Positions 25,421-40,900 of a DNA stretch of 64,000 nucleotides are shown piece by piece. The stretch lies in NCBI RefSeq assembly GCF_902652985.1, contig NC_047032.1:18662001-18726000 (forward strand), in the 5' to 3' direction. This stretch comes from Pecten maximus. Its lineage: Eukaryota. The translations under genes were made by a program, and so were the position numbers. A model generated the notes under the pieces. That model was given only the letters and a program-made list of their open reading frames with translations, ran no database searches and was not told where the DNA came from. Each line of letters opens with the position of its first letter. The first letter of the stretch is position 1.

Positions 25421-28074
25421 GGTTGGCAGCGAGATTTCACAGATGACTCCAGCATTTAACATTCATTTTCCTCAGTGAAAACGTACAGCTGACAACTAAT
25501 AATAAAGTAGCCGATTCTTAAATTCTTCAAATGACTTAAAAGTACTGTAGTTGAAGATGAAATGCAAGAGCTGAAACAGCTAAAATTCCCTATACACTAA
25601 TATACGTCTGTAGGTCTTTATCTGCGACACTATTACTGCAGAAGAAAATCATAATCAAGGTTTTGAGGATGGCAATCTTGCTTATTCAGTCGCATATTTC
25701 GGATTCAATATCCTGTCTAATCTGATGCGGTTTTTCATATAATTAGAGAATGAGGTCAAAGACCATTAAGGAAGCCTAAAAATAGGCCGCGTATTTCCTA
25801 CAGAAAATGTACAGTGTACATATGTGTATACCAAGCCTTAGTCAGTCTTGTTCGTTCCTACCATCACGTTAGACCTTTCACATCACTCACGGGCCCTTAA
25901 TGGACGAACCAGCTGTATGATGCACGTCATTTTGACTCTACGGTGTCCAAGTCTCGATTTGTTTTAAATAGTGGTAATACCTTGTGTGGTTTTTGTACAA
26001 TCTTCAGACAATAACTGGAATGTACATGCTCGGTTTAGGACCTCTATAGCAAGAACAGCATCCATCATCCGTAAGAAGTGTCACTACAATGGTTTGCTCG
26101 TTATGTCAGGGACCGAAATATGTCTAGTGTTGTTGACCTGTTGAGGAAACCTGGTGGTCTACACTGGAAACATGGCATAAGAATATACGCATTTATACCG
26201 TCAATAAAATCATACACAGCCGTTTTGCCACATCCAGTGACCTTTAACATTCATCATGTCCTAACTCAAGTTCTATCTGGTAAATGGCCAGCTAAAACAG
26301 TGTTTCTTTGAATAAAAAATAAATCTGACAATAACATACATGCATGCTATATTTAACCTCGATAATTCCCTTCTAATACTGAAACATGGCTTTGAAACTT
26401 GTTAACTACGTTAATCAATATATTAAATTGAAAGTAGCATGCACACAAATATATGTTCATATCACATAAATTATTTTGCTTACAAACATTAATCATACAT
26501 GGACATTTACAATAATTGTTCACTTATTTTGGATATACCTTCGATTTCTCGCATGACCAATACATTTCTACGTACCTGCGTTGGCAGATCAGATATAGTA
26601 CGTGACGACAGTACAGGTCAGGTAAACCTAGACAATTATGTTTTATATCTTACCAATGACAGATATATCCACAATTTTACCTGTGCGAGGTTGTCTTATC
26701 CTACCCTAGGGTTGAGACAAGCTACATCTGGTCTTTGCTGAACAATTCCATGATGTCATATTGGCAATTCAAATACGTCACATTAACAATACCATGACGT
26801 CACGACGACAGTACAATGACATCACGCCGACAATTCAATCACGTCACATCAATATTGTGTTACATTGAAGTACTGTCAACATTAGAAACATACCAGGGTA
26901 CACAGGGTAAACAAACATCAGTCTCGCTTGGGAGTGAGACAGGGGGGTCTTAACCTTCGGGATCAGATTCTTAAGTTGCCGAACACATTTAATCCAATTG
27001 GATTTCTTTGGGGCCCGCCTAAGCTAATAGGGGTACAGCGTCTGGCTTTATATTTTCAAAGTACAAAACTGTCAACTCACCGTAATGATTCATTTATTTA
27101 ATTTAACTATGCACAATGAGTATATCTGCATCAAAAGGTTAAGGCACATGTATCAGAACAAGTGCAACTTTATAACAGTAACCGTTGGAGTTATTCTTTA
27201 ATTCATACACTAAGGCACACCCAGTGTAAATAGACCGTATCCACACAAAGCCGCCATATTGGACTTTTAGTGTTACGTGCCTTGAATCGGAGTAAAGACA
27301 TTTCCGAATTCCATTCATACACATGATGATCGATAGTTTACCAATTAGAGACGCAGTTTTTTTTGACAATCGAAAGGTATAGATTGTTCGTTGTTCATAA
27401 CACTTACTTAATGAGTTTTCTGTTTTGTTTATGCCACCAAAAATATATTACAATGATCATGACAAATTACGCTCGTCGGTTGGCCTGACCCGCTTGGCGG
27501 CCTGCCGATCTCAAGCAGAGGGTCACATCACTTATGTATGGTTTTGTTTATGTTTTGACAAGTGCGTTGGTTTATGGGTCTTACCTAATATATCGCAAGT
27601 TAATCAAGCACAAACAACATATTCATTCCTCCTTACTAATTGGAATATTGAAATGAATTGTCACCAGTTGAATAAAAAGAAAATGTTTAACTTTTCAAAA
27701 TTGTAACAAAGTTTAATACACTTTTAGGTATAAATCTAAGTTTAGTACACAAGTTAAATGGAATCTTTAAGCACAGACTTTTACTATTCATAATAATTTC
27801 ATCTATCCTATAATAAGTGAGTTGTACTGTTAAAACTTTCTTGTTTTTTTATTTGAATATAAGATTGCTTCAATAAACCATTTGTCATTATCTACAATAC
27901 ATGGTATGTCTTATAACTACTAACAATATCATATAATGTATCATATTGACAATATATTATATTGACTTGAAGATATTTGTGGTGATGGATTTTAGACTGC
28001 ATACTGCAATGTATCAGATACAGATACAAACATGCATGCTTGATTGACTTGTTCTTCCTACAAGTAAACCTGTA

Positions 28075-28426
28075 ACTATATCAGCATCACCTAACTTATG
28101 CACCATGTCATTCATGTGTTAAACATGCTTATTTTGTCAATAACTAACCATGTCAGCATCACCTAGCCTATGCAACATGTCATCCATGTGTTAAAACATG
28201 CTTATTGTGTCAACAACTAACCAGGTCAGCTCACCTAACCTATGCAACATGTCATCCATGTGTTAAACATGCTTATTGTGTCAATTACTAACCATGTCAG
28301 CATCACCTAGCCTATGCAACATGTCATCCATGTGTTAAAACATGCTTATTGTGTCAACAACTAACCAGGTCAGCTCACCTAACCTATGCAACATGTCATC
28401 CATGTGTTAAAACATGCTTATTGTGC
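28075..28426. repeat. Tandem repeat, 71-73-bp unit, 5 copies, with a 144-bp dimeric structure
   Basis: tcagc(a)tcacc at 28081, 28153, 28226, 28297 and 28370. Confidence 0.92.
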
Positions 28427-28889
28427 CAGTTTGCTTAAATGTTTTGCTATTCAACTTTGAACCATGCTCAAACGTCTCATCTTGTCAACGTGCCAGCTTT
28501 AACCCCCTTCTTTCCTGCATCATTGCACTGCATTTTGCTCAACATTCTTTAACTGCTCGCTGTTATATCTACAGTCCTTGATAACACAAACTTTGCAAAC
28601 AAATTGTTTGCTTTAACTTTGCCGTGATAATGAACAAATACAGGTTATTGGTGTGATAAACTGTGTTTATGAATTGCCTTGAAATGTTGACATATTTTAC
28701 TAAAAATAGAAATGTTCATTTTGACATTCCTTTGTTGCAATATTTTTCAGACAAAATGCATGCATACAATATATAGAGTAAATGTTTATGAAAATTAAAG
28801 TTTGTGACATTATCCCGTTCGTGTAAATGTACAGTATGCTTATTTTGTCTTTGTTTTTCTTTTCCTGTATTTCATTATCATATCTAACA

Positions 28890-30020
28890 ATGTAAAAAAA
28901 GTCTGTGTTGCATTAGTAGGTGTTGCAATGGTGGATACAAACTAAACTTTTGGAAAAATAGTTTGTGCGTTATTCATTCAAGTAGCTATCGTACTGACCC
29001 ATGTATATCCAAGCCTCCCTTTAAACTTTTCCCTTTCCCCAGTGAATCTTCCCTTTGCATGGTTTGGACAAAAGCTGCCAACCCCAGAAACCCAAGAAAT
29101 CCAACAAAAATATGGGAACCCAATACAGACTCTAGGATCCGTTCCTCTCATTTTGAGAATGGTTTACCATCAGAGGAAAATCAATTTCCAATATTTAGGG
29201 TTTGAGACCATTAAAAACGCACAGTAAGCCTTCAAAAATGGACGATTTAGATTCACCACAAACACAAAAACAAAATAATTACAAAACTACAGTCAACAAC
29301 ATGATACCTCAACCTGACAATGAATCTAAAGACAGCATTAATGTCCATCAGGATCATATATATGTTGATGTAAAGAAAGGCTGCTTATTATTTTTAGGCA
29401 AATATTCTCAGATAAAAGATCTGAAAAAGTAAGTCCAAACGCTAGGTCAAGAACTGGTAAAAATGAACAGTATTCATGATAAAAATGTGAAGAAGCCTTT
29501 TGGATACAACAGTGTCTTAAATGACAAAGACATGAACTTCCATACAAGAATACCAACAGTTAAAGCTTTAGATGCCATCTTTAATGTCATAAAGTCCAGT
29601 ATAACTCACATAAAATACTTGCATAGTGGCACAATTGTAAAGTTTGTCTGTAATCATCTTAGGTATAAAACGAAGCCCTAAAACGGTGTCTATCATCGAA
29701 GGATGAAATGTTCACGACGCTGATGAAAGTTCGATTGGGTACACTGAATCAGGAACTTGCATTGACATTTTTGATTTCAAAGCAGACTGTGTCAAATAGA
29801 TTTACTTTTTTGACCAAACTGTTTGCCAAATTTCTTGGAACTCTAGTATTCGATCCACCAAAAGATTTTCTGAGGCAAAATTTACCTTCATCATTTCAGA
29901 ACTTGAAATATAGGTATGTAAGGCACATCATTGATTGCACAGAAATATGTTTGGAGATTCCACAAAATATATCAGTACGAGCAACTCCATAGAGTGATTA
30001 CAAACAACATAACACTTCAT
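28890..30020 (+). pseudogene. THAP + HTH + DDE_Tnp_4 transposase relic (ISL2EU/Harbinger-type), 3'-truncated
   Basis: THAP-like KLFPFP...W...WEPNTDSRIRSSHF; HTH LMKVRLG...LALTFLISKQTVS; DDE start IIDCTEI...SDYKQHNT; stops and frameshifts throughout. Confidence 0.82.
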
Positions 30021-31088
30021 TAGGTTCACCCCACACACATCATTACACTTTTTTGACAGTCACTCTAAAGACTTCGAATACGATTTGATGTCTGGAGACT
30101 GTTAACAACAAGGTCAAGACGAAGGTCATATTTTGTCTTGGGTGGAAGAGTAACATATACAAGATTTATTTGAGAGGAAAACTATATGATATTGAGATAA
30201 CAGGGCGATCGAAAAAATATACATTTCCCTAGCTTTACAGCATAAAAGTAATAAAAATGAAGACAAAACATGTCCATTTATTTGTTAGTTCTGGGAATAC
30301 AAGGAAATAAAAATCCTCCGCTAATAAAACCAGTTTTACAGTAACTTGACGTTACATTACAATTTCGTTTACATTTCGGTATTTGCTGTATATTTTTACT
30401 CATAAACGGCGAATCAGCTGCGGTATGTGGCCTCCATACAGACGTAGCGATGGTTGGTTCTTATAAGTCTACAAGTCGTTAATGTCGTTTTACGAATGTC
30501 AAGACAGTCGACAATGATTAACAGAACATTGTTAGACATCCATTGTCATGCTAAATATGTCAAATGATATGTAAGTAGTTAATTGTCATTTAAACAATTC
30601 CTAAGCATCTCTTTCACTTGTTGTAATATTACATTATAATTTAAATAATATATATCATTGTACTTCTCTATTTTTTTTCCCTGTACATTTTCAACTAAAA
30701 CTGTTGGTGCAGACGTAAAATTGTGATATATGGCTTTAATTATGTTTGGATTGCTGCTTCCTTTCCATTCTAATGACCCAGTTGAGCATTTATTAATATA
30801 CATTTTATACAAATTTCGGTATAATCTAGAAATCCCAGTGGTTTGAGCACGAGTTTTCTTCTTTTATCTTTAATATGCGTATTGTACTGGTTGCCTTATC
30901 TGTGTATTCCATGTACTTTGCATCGGCTGTGTCTATTTTGTATTCATCGCTACGCTAATTGTGTTAAATTGGAAAATAATTACTATTGCATGGCAGATTT
31001 ATGTACCAAAACATGGATTGTTAACAACATTTTGTATTTAATTGTTATCTATTTTTGTGAGGAAAATGAGACACTTAGCAAAGCCCGC

Positions 31089-31091
<3 letters not shown>

Positions 31092-31152
<61 letters not shown>
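31092..31152. repeat. (GA)n microsatellite, about 30 units
   Basis: Direct reading. Confidence 0.98.
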
Positions 31153-31154
<2 letters not shown>

Positions 31155-31220
31155 TCCAATGTTATGCAGATATGATAAATGAACGGTCTTCATAATATCG
31201 CATTTATTTGCACTGCTTTC

Positions 31221-31392
31221 ATTTAAGCATTGAACTGTTACCAAATGGTAGTATACAGTCAATATGAACACAATTTGGGTGACAGATAAATAGAATGTCG
31301 CCCGTTACGGCTACATGAAATATTTATCTGTCACCCAAATTGTATTCATATCGACTGTATATTACCATTTGGTAACAGTTCAATGCTTAAAT
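31221..31392. repeat. Long near-perfect palindrome with ~72-bp arms, probably the end of a foldback/Crypton-like element
   Basis: atttaagcattgaactgttaccaaatggta...gacagataaata versus tatttatctgtc...taccatttggtaacagttcaatgcttaaat. Confidence 0.88.
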
Positions 31393-34300
31393 TTACATTC
31401 ATAATTTTATTTTATTTACTGCAGCTTAAGACACATTTAAATTTGCCGCTTCCCCTATCACTGACGTCATCAAGTTCAAATATCGGAACAGCCGAAATTT
31501 CCAGAAGGAATGATATACACTGTAGTCCATCATGTCGTTATTAATAGCAATCACATGAAATGTTTTTGCACACATTTGGTTTTATATTATAATTTATAAA
31601 ACGTTTGTAGATATCCTCAATTGTTCAAAATTGCATAATTTCTGATTGCTTAAAAATAAAGCCGTTTTTCGGCGCAATGATATACGGTTAACATTAAGAA
31701 GTGATGCGGCGTTCAACGGGTACTGCACAGGACAGACTCGATTCCTCGGAAAAACTTATGTTTCTATCGACTGGATTTACGTTATTTTCAGAGGAATATC
31801 ATTTCTTCAATTCTAAATGAAAGTCGTTTTGACAGTAGGTGAAAACGATTCCAAGGATATTTCGTTCGAAACAGAATCCAGTCTAACCCGTCACATCAGT
31901 GTCGCTAACAGACGATGTTCAACTTCACAGGGGCTCGATTTTGGAGTATGGTAGGCCTTTGACATCAGTGAATAACCACATAACCATAATTCAGTATGCA
32001 TACACAACCAGAAACAATGTCGATACTGCCGATTTGTCGCAAGATTTTTTTAATAAATGCTGGACTTTAAATGTTGTCGTGTCTAGCCTTTCCTACAATT
32101 CGACAACGAGCCCCTGTGTGACGACAGTGACAATTTGATTACTTCCTAAAGATGAGGAATAGAGCTTGTAATAATTTTCATTTTTTTCTATTATTAAATT
32201 TTACTCTGATAACTTGCGTTGCTTAATTTTTTTGTGGTGGTTTATGTAGATAAATGCTAGCATTCGAAAGCTCTCTAGGTCGAATGTAACTGGGGACCAT
32301 TGTTTTAACCTACAACACATGAAGCTGTATTCCTAAACTGACCGAATCACTGTAAGTTGTAGTATACGGTCTCATGAATACAATTTGGTTTACTAACGAC
32401 ATATAGGCAAATGCAAAACAGAATGTGAATATATAAGCAAAGAATACATTATAAAATCGCACTCCTATATAGGTACACTTTAATTTGAGTTGGGCTTTAT
32501 AATTTATTCACTGTAGAAAGCAGACACACATCTTATATATTTCAACAGGTTCACATAAGTCACGTGGTACAAAATCAATGAATCATGTAAAGTTGTAAAT
32601 CGCACTGTGTGACAACCACAGCCAAGACCCCTATCATAACAAGATTGTCATACCTTGTTTATTTAACTGATATATATATATGATTAATTCTTGTTTTATA
32701 AAAAAAGGTTTTGTTTTTATAAAGAAAATGTCATTGTTGAAATAGTTTCTGTATATAGCCTACACTTGGGACAAGTCAAATCCGTTATTAATTAGATCAC
32801 ACTGGTATCAAGCCGGAAGCTTTTACATAAACATGCCCTAGTCAATTTGACGCTTGTTTCTTTGACAGGTTACTTGTTTAAATTACAATTAGTGTTTAAC
32901 GTTAACTGATTCATATTGAAATGTACTTAATAACCGTCACATCATACTGATCCAGTAAAGATCAAGATCGATGATGATTGTTTCATCGGAAACATCACCT
33001 ATTAGTTGAATATATATCATTAAATGAAAAATATTATTAAATAGATTGATAAATAAATATAAACATAAACCAATGTATCAATCAACAAGTCAATAAATAA
33101 AGAATAAATAAATGAGTAATATAATAAGTAAAAAACAATGAAGTAATCAATCAATCAGTGAATAAATTAGAATGTTTGAGAATGGACGAATATTAATGAA
33201 TAATATATTAATGTATATCAAACCGATGGTGCGTTGACGTTTCTACGAAATAAAAATCAAGAGTTTTACCTTTATGTTAATGTTATACATCAATATGTGG
33301 TTTTGTTTAGGTTTATTACTGCATAGTTGTTAAATTTCACGGGGCTATTACTTCGCGGTTGTCTGCTCGTCTGACATAGTTTGCGGATTTACATTTTGCG
33401 CGATCTTACATTTGTGTGTGTGTTTTGTTTAAATTATGTTAAGCAGCTAACAGTCCGAAACATCTGTTGGCCTTGTTTGACTATTGATGAAGAGATGGAG
33501 ATAAACATATTAATATTCAAACATATTAGACAATTTCTGTTTTAAACTCGTTCCTGTTAATACATTCACAGGCTAGGGTCATGACGGTTTCTATCATGTC
33601 AAAAACATATTTTTAGTAATACACATAGCAATGCTGATGGGATTAATGACATATTTTGTACAGTTGAGCTCTGTGACCTTCATGTTTAATTTACTATCCA
33701 TATTCAATTAGGGAACATTTATGACCTCATATACATCTCAAGTCCTTATAAACCATCGCTGTCAAATCACTTTAAAGTGATACGTTCTCCCTCGTCCATG
33801 GATAATTGTTTCGATATATTGTATTGCTTTTTATCAAAATTCATTTAAAGAACATAAAATCTTATGAAAGTGCTGTAAACAATATTTCGGAGGTTAAAAT
33901 GGTCATAGCTGTTTGCAATTTAACAAAAATATGTTTTGCACAGAAACTTTATCATTAACCATACGATCACCCGTTATATTTACTTATCAATTCAGAGAAT
34001 ACAAAATTATGAAAGATGTAGCCTTTGAATTTTTTGCTGGAACTCTGATAACCAAAGACTCTGCTTTACTCGAAGTTAAAAATTCGATTTCGATAGTTAA
34101 CATTCTATATAGGACATGCATTTTTGACTCGAATGTAATATACATTGTAGATTATATATAAAATAGATGATAATAACGTTTTTTTCACTGATCCGACTAA
34201 TTATGAGTTAACGAGATTCGACATTTACGTTCTTTTGATAATTGTGGACTCAGCAAGAAGTTGACAACACTATGAAATTCATATTATCAAATGGATGATA

Positions 34301-35645
34301 TGAACATTTTATGAACCATTTTCCTTTAATATAGAATCTTATATAATTGTTTCAATTAAGCAGTAACTCATTTACGTTTGTACACCATTTGTATATGCAA
34401 ATGGGAATGATAATGACATTTTTTCCGGCATAGTGTGCTGTAGTGACTTCTAACCTTTACCTACGATTTAAATAAATGTTATCATTTCTATATTGCACAC
34501 CAGCACACTCTCTGTTTTTTTTCACGTTCTGGTTTGTATGTCGTAAGGACCTTTGCTATGGCCAGTGAGGATTCACATAGATAACAAAATGTCAGCTCAT
34601 ATAGGTAAAACAGACAATGTTATATCTGTATAATATACCATTAGTTAATTTTGAAATGTAATACAGCCAAATGTTTTTGTTTTTTGGATTTTTTTTAGCG
34701 AGAGAAGGGGGGATGGGGGGGGGGGGGGGGGCGGTTGGGGTGGGGGGGGGGGGGGACGGTTGGGGGGAGGGATGTGAATTTTGTTTCCTTGTCATTGGCC
34801 GACACATGATACCACTCAATCACCAGCCAATCAATAATAAATTTAATCAAATTAGCAATTCGAATTTCATTTTGTTGCGCCTTGCGGAACGTTGGATTAT
34901 ATATGAATATATAAATCCACACACTATACTCTTTCTTTGGGGAATATACCATAAATAGTTTATCGTAATAAATGTCATTATGTATACTTCCGCCAGTATC
35001 ATGGTTCATTGTGTCGCCTTAATAGTAATTATGTTCACTCGTTATGAAAATCATATGGTAAAACTGCATATCTAATGGCAGTAAAATCTAATTCCATACC
35101 AAAACATGTAAATTACGACGTGACTGTCCGACTCAAAGAAGACAAATCTGTTTCATAATCAACTTGTTACATTACGGTATCGCTATTTTTGTTATATTGC
35201 CCTTATTGTTATATATTGTGTTTATTGTTGGTATTTTTAATGTAGTAAAAAGGAACCTGTCTTCACAATCTCTGAAAACGTAATAAAATAAGGTGCAATA
35301 TCGTTGATCATGTGTTGTGAATAATTACTTATTGTGTTTTTTTATCAATACAGGTATGTATAAATAACACTGCCTAAAGGCGCTTAATCATATTGCCAAC
35401 CTTTGATAACATTACATTTTGAAGTTACAAAGTAAGATTTATATAATTACATAATACTGTTATGTATCACATTTATATGATCTAACACTATTATACAGAA
35501 CGTTTTTTATGGTACCATAAAGTTGGCATGTTTTAAAGTAGTAATATGACCTTGTAATATCATATTTACATATTCTAAATATAGTATATATGATCGACGG
35601 AATATCATATTGACAAGTAGTTATGTAGTTATCATATCGCATAAA

Positions 35646-37932
35646 ACTGATAACATTTCATTATTTAGTTATATCACATCGACATGCACTGATAACATTT
35701 CATGATGTAGTTATATTACATTGACATGTACTGATAACATTTCATTATTTAGTTATACCACATTAAAATGTACTGATAACATTTCATTATTTAGTTATAT
35801 TACATTAACATGTACTGATAACATTTCATTATTTAGTTATACCACATTAAAATGTACTGATAACATTTCATTATTTAGTTATATCACATTGACATGTACT
35901 GATAACATTTCATTATGTAGTTATATCACATTGACATGTACTGATAACATTTCATTATGTAGTTATATCACATTGACATGTACTGATAACATTTCATTAT
36001 GTAGTTATATCACATTGACATGTACTGATAACATTTCATTATTTAGTTATATCACATTGACATGTACTGATAACATTTCAATATGTAGTTATATAACATT
36101 GACATGTACTGATAACATTTCATTATTTAGTTATATCACATTGACATGTACTGATAACATTTTATTATGTAGTTATACCACATTGACATGTACTGATAAC
36201 ATTTCATTATGTAGTTATATCACATTGACATGTACTGATAACATTTCATTATGTAGTTATATAACATTGACATGTACTAATAACATTTCATTATGAAGTT
36301 ATATCACATCGACATTTACTGATAACATTTCATTATGAAGTTATATAACATTGACATGTACTGATAACCGTTCAATATGTTTTTATATCACATTGACATG
36401 TACTGATAACATTTCAATATGTAGTTATATCACATTGACATGTACTGATAACATTTCATTATGTAGTTATATCACATTGACATGTACTGATAACATTTCA
36501 TTATGTAGTTATATCACATTGACAATGTTACTGATAACATTTCGTTATGTAGTTATATCACATTGACATTTACTGATAACATTTCATTATTTCGTTATAC
36601 CACATTGACATGTACTGATAACATTTCATTATTTAGTTATACCACATTGACATGTACTGATAACATTTCATTATGTAGTTATATCACATTGACAATGTTA
36701 CTGATAACATTTTATTATGTAGTTATATAACATTGATATGTACTGATAACATTTCATTATGTAGTTATATAACATTGACATTTACTGATAACATTTCATT
36801 ATGTAGTTATATCACATTGACATGCACTGATAACATTTCATTATGTAGTTATATAACATTGACATGTACTGATAACATTTCATTATTTAGTTATATCACA
36901 TTGACATGTACTGATAACATTTCATGATGTAGTTATATAACATTGACATGTGCTGATAACATTTCATTATGTGAAGTTATATAACATCGACATTTACTGA
37001 TAACATTTCATTATGAAGTTATATAACATTGACATGTACTGATAACATTTCAATATGTAGTTATATCACATTGACATGTACTGATAACATTTCAATATGT
37101 AGTTATATCACATTGACATGTACTGATAACATTTCATTATGTAGTTATATCACATTGACATGTACTGATAACATTTCATTATTTAGTTATATCACATTGA
37201 CATGTACTGATAACATTTCATTATGTAGTTATATCACATTGACATGTACTGATAACATTTCATTATTTAGTTATATCACATTGACATGTACTGATAACAT
37301 TTCATGATGTAGTTATATAACATTGACATGTGCTGATAACATTTCATTATGTGAAGTTATATAACATCGACATTTACTGATAACATTTCATTATGAAGTT
37401 ATATAACATTGACATGTACTGATAACATTTCAATATGTAGTTATATCACATTGACATGTACTGATAACATTTCAATATGTAGTTATATCACATTGACATG
37501 TACTGATAACATTTCATTATGTAGTTATATCACATTGACATGTACTGATAACATTTCATTATTTAGTTATATCACATTGACATGTACTGATAACATTTCA
37601 TTATGTAGTTATATCACATTGACATGTACTGATAACATTTCATTATGAAGTTATATAACATCGACATTTACTGATAAAATTTCATTATGAAGTTATATAA
37701 CATTGACATGTACTGATAACATTTCAATATGTAGTTATATCACATTGACATGTACTGATAACATTTCAATATGTAGTTATATCACATTGACATGTACTGA
37801 TAACATTTTATTATGTAGTTATACCACATTGACATGTACTGATAACATTTCATTAATTAGTTATATCACATTGACAATGTTACTGATAACATTTCATTAT
37901 GTAGTTATATCACATTAACGTGTCCTGATAAC
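35646..37932. repeat. Satellite array, 42-bp unit (ctgataacatttcattatgtagttatatcacattgacatgta), about 54 copies
   Basis: Direct reading; 14-aa periodicity in the spurious ORFs. Confidence 0.98.
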
Positions 37933-40900
37933 AATTCACTATGGAGATACCATTACACATTGACATGTTTAAATAACATGTTATCACATAATCAGCCTTG
38001 TTTCCCAGTGAAATCGCCCATGCACTATTGTTCGTCACTATAGTAATCGACACCGAATCATTTTTCATTGTTGGCGTAAGTGAAACTTCGAGTGTGACGT
38101 CACTATAAACGACAATGGCGTGAATCGAACATGTTGCAACAAACTGTCTGTTTCGATTTGGTTTTTTTTTTTTTTTCTTATTTTGACTTTAAAACCTGTC
38201 AAATGTATTTCTCTGAATGATTGTGATTAAAGAGATCCTAAATGAGCTTTCATTTCACATGAATTTTGATGAAACAAATCTCAATTTTTGTTTTTATAGT
38301 TTTACAGCTATCATAAACTTGACATGTTTTACATTATATCATGCCATGTCAAAGTGATCTGCAATTGTTTAGTTATGTCGCATTTAAATGTAAAATTAAC
38401 CCCCCTTTTTTGCTACATTTCATGAATATTGTTGTTGATTTAATATTGTAGTATTATGTTGTTATCATATCAAATTGACATGTATACGAGTGTTACCTTT
38501 ATATATATCTGTTGTATTACATCAATACATTCAGTGATTACCATTCAGCCCTTAGGATTAATACATTAATTCAGAAATTATAACATCTGATATTTTAAGA
38601 CAATTTTGATTAACAAAAGCATTGTCATTAGCAATGATGCTGGAGGCGAGATTTGTTGCTTTCCAGACGGGATATAAAAAAAAATTTTAAAAAAATGGCA
38701 TAGCAAATAATTAGCACTGCAATGCTGATGTGGCAAGCCTAGATTGAGGACATTACATGTCTCAGGCATTTCCAATGACGTCAAATGTCAAAAAACGAAT
38801 ATTTAACGGTTTTTAATGTAAAATCACTGAACATACAAATGACGACCTACCATAAACTGATGGCTTGTCTCGCTAATGTAATAATGTAATTATTCCTAAA
38901 AAAAACTATATATATTATCTCAACTGCTATGAGACCTTTTTTCCCCTTCAAACAATGATTATACAAAATACTCTTGTATTGGCTTGAGTAATTAATTAGA
39001 GAGTCTATTAACAGGGTCATACTATGTGTCTAACACATATGTGCATATATGGCAATAAGATACAGCTCCGTGCAACGTCCTACCATCCCTAACTAACTAC
39101 TTTTATCCTCCTCTTGACTCACATCCCTCCCACATGAGTCCTTAGCCTCATGCTATATGTTTCAATTTACGTTAAACGTCGCCGTTCACGTGAATTTAAT
39201 CAGCAAATCAAATGCCGCATTTAAAAAAGATGATGAGGAAAGCACGTCTACTCTCTAACGTCCAGAGTCTGATAAGCAGATGTGCCTTCATAGGACCTAA
39301 GTCCTTGTAAATAGACAAATTACAACGTAAACTCATCACCGAGTCCAATATGATATGAAATTTGCCTTGAGTAGGTAAAACATATGATAAACTAGGCCAG
39401 ATGACATATGTCCTTTACGACAATAACTGTTTTTTATGACAAAATGGCGGTGGCTTAATGACAACAATAAAAAGGAGAAATAATCCTATAGATGTACTTC
39501 AGATTAATGGAAAAGTACTGAATAAGAATAAAAGAATAGTAAGAAATGTTTTATTTATAGAAAAATCAGTAAATTTCAACAATATAATAGTGAAACCTCT
39601 TACGGAAGAGGAAGTGCTTCTGTTTCATCGACGACGACGTTACATTATCGAAATGAGAAAAGGTCACGTTGCATATGAACGAAAATCTTCCTTCATATCG
39701 TATACGGTAACATTTATCATAGCATCATACTATGTCAAAAATGATAACCCTTACATGTATTTCTTGTCATTTTCCAATTTGCAATTGAATACAATTTCCT
39801 GATAATTGATGTCTAGCATTTGTGATCAAGGCTCGGTGGTTAAAACCTGAACAAGGACGTTAGGGTTAGGGTTAGCCCCGGCAATCAATCATACAGTATT
39901 TATATAGTGTTGGTGTTACTATAACCTCAGATATGAAATTACCACACGGACACATTTCTTAGACAATTTGGTTATGTTTAAGTTAATGTATGACCATTAA
40001 GTATACCCTCTCCTGCGTGCTAGATGCATGTTATGAAATATTGGAAATATTGAGATATTGATAAACAAACAGAATTCAGACATGCAGACTTAGACGTAAC
40101 TATACCTCAAATTCGATACACAACGTGAAATATATGAACCCAACTTACATTTACACATAGACCTTTGCAACACTGCGGAAAAATAGGATATTTCTTAAGT
40201 TTAAGAAACCGGGGATTAGATGAGTATTAGCATATTATGATATAATCCCCAATTTAGATGAAATTTGGGCAAATAATATTGTTTATCAAAGTTACTAGTA
40301 AGTTGAAGATGTAAATAATAGCACGCAAAGTGTTTTTTCACAAATACTGATAGCGCTATTTATAAACATTGTTTCATTTGATGTTAATTAGATGTAAAAC
40401 ACCAGATCTGTGGGTTCTTTAATGTCCATCGCATTCCTACCTGTCATCTCTATAGGTCGCAAGGACTGTCTGTGGTAACAAATGGATGACCGTTTTATCG
40501 TTATATATAAAGGGAGATATCATCGCCTCATATAACGATGGTACCTATATAAGCTACAAACCTTAGAACCAGTGGCACGTTTACGATAGACAATCTCTGT
40601 ACAGGGCAAGGGCATTTTTATTGCCTTTTACATATGCATGGTTATTAGCATCGTCTGAACACGTTCGTGCACTAAAATGGTAATATGTGACTAATTCCAT
40701 GTTGTAGTAGGAAGGCTTAACAGCATTGTATTAATATTCTTGTTATTTAGTTAGAAATATGGCAAATTCTCAAATAAAATAATAATTAATTTCATAATTT
40801 CTGACATTTTATACAGACATGTATCGTATGGGCATTAACATTTATGCAAGATTTATTGCCCTCAGTTCAAAGTCATGCCTTAGTGTCGCTCTAATTCACA

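Noticed and set aside
25690-26310. Possible decayed coding sequence (second ORF of the ISL2EU-like element)
   Set aside because: I could not recover any recognisable motif by eye.
30843-31271. ORFs with RE/SL dipeptide runs
   Set aside because: Translations of the (GA)n microsatellite.
34592-35009. Gly-rich and Pro-rich ORFs over a poly-G tract
   Set aside because: Simple G-run low complexity with no exon structure.
35721-37918. Cys-rich repeat ORFs (TCTDNISLCSYITL)n
   Set aside because: By-product of a 42-bp unit divisible by three; interrupted by stops and frameshifts; no splice signals.
39859-39877. Telomeric (TTAGGG)n, also at about 13158-13171
   Set aside because: Only 2-3 units; more likely fragments of a dispersed repeat than telomere relics.
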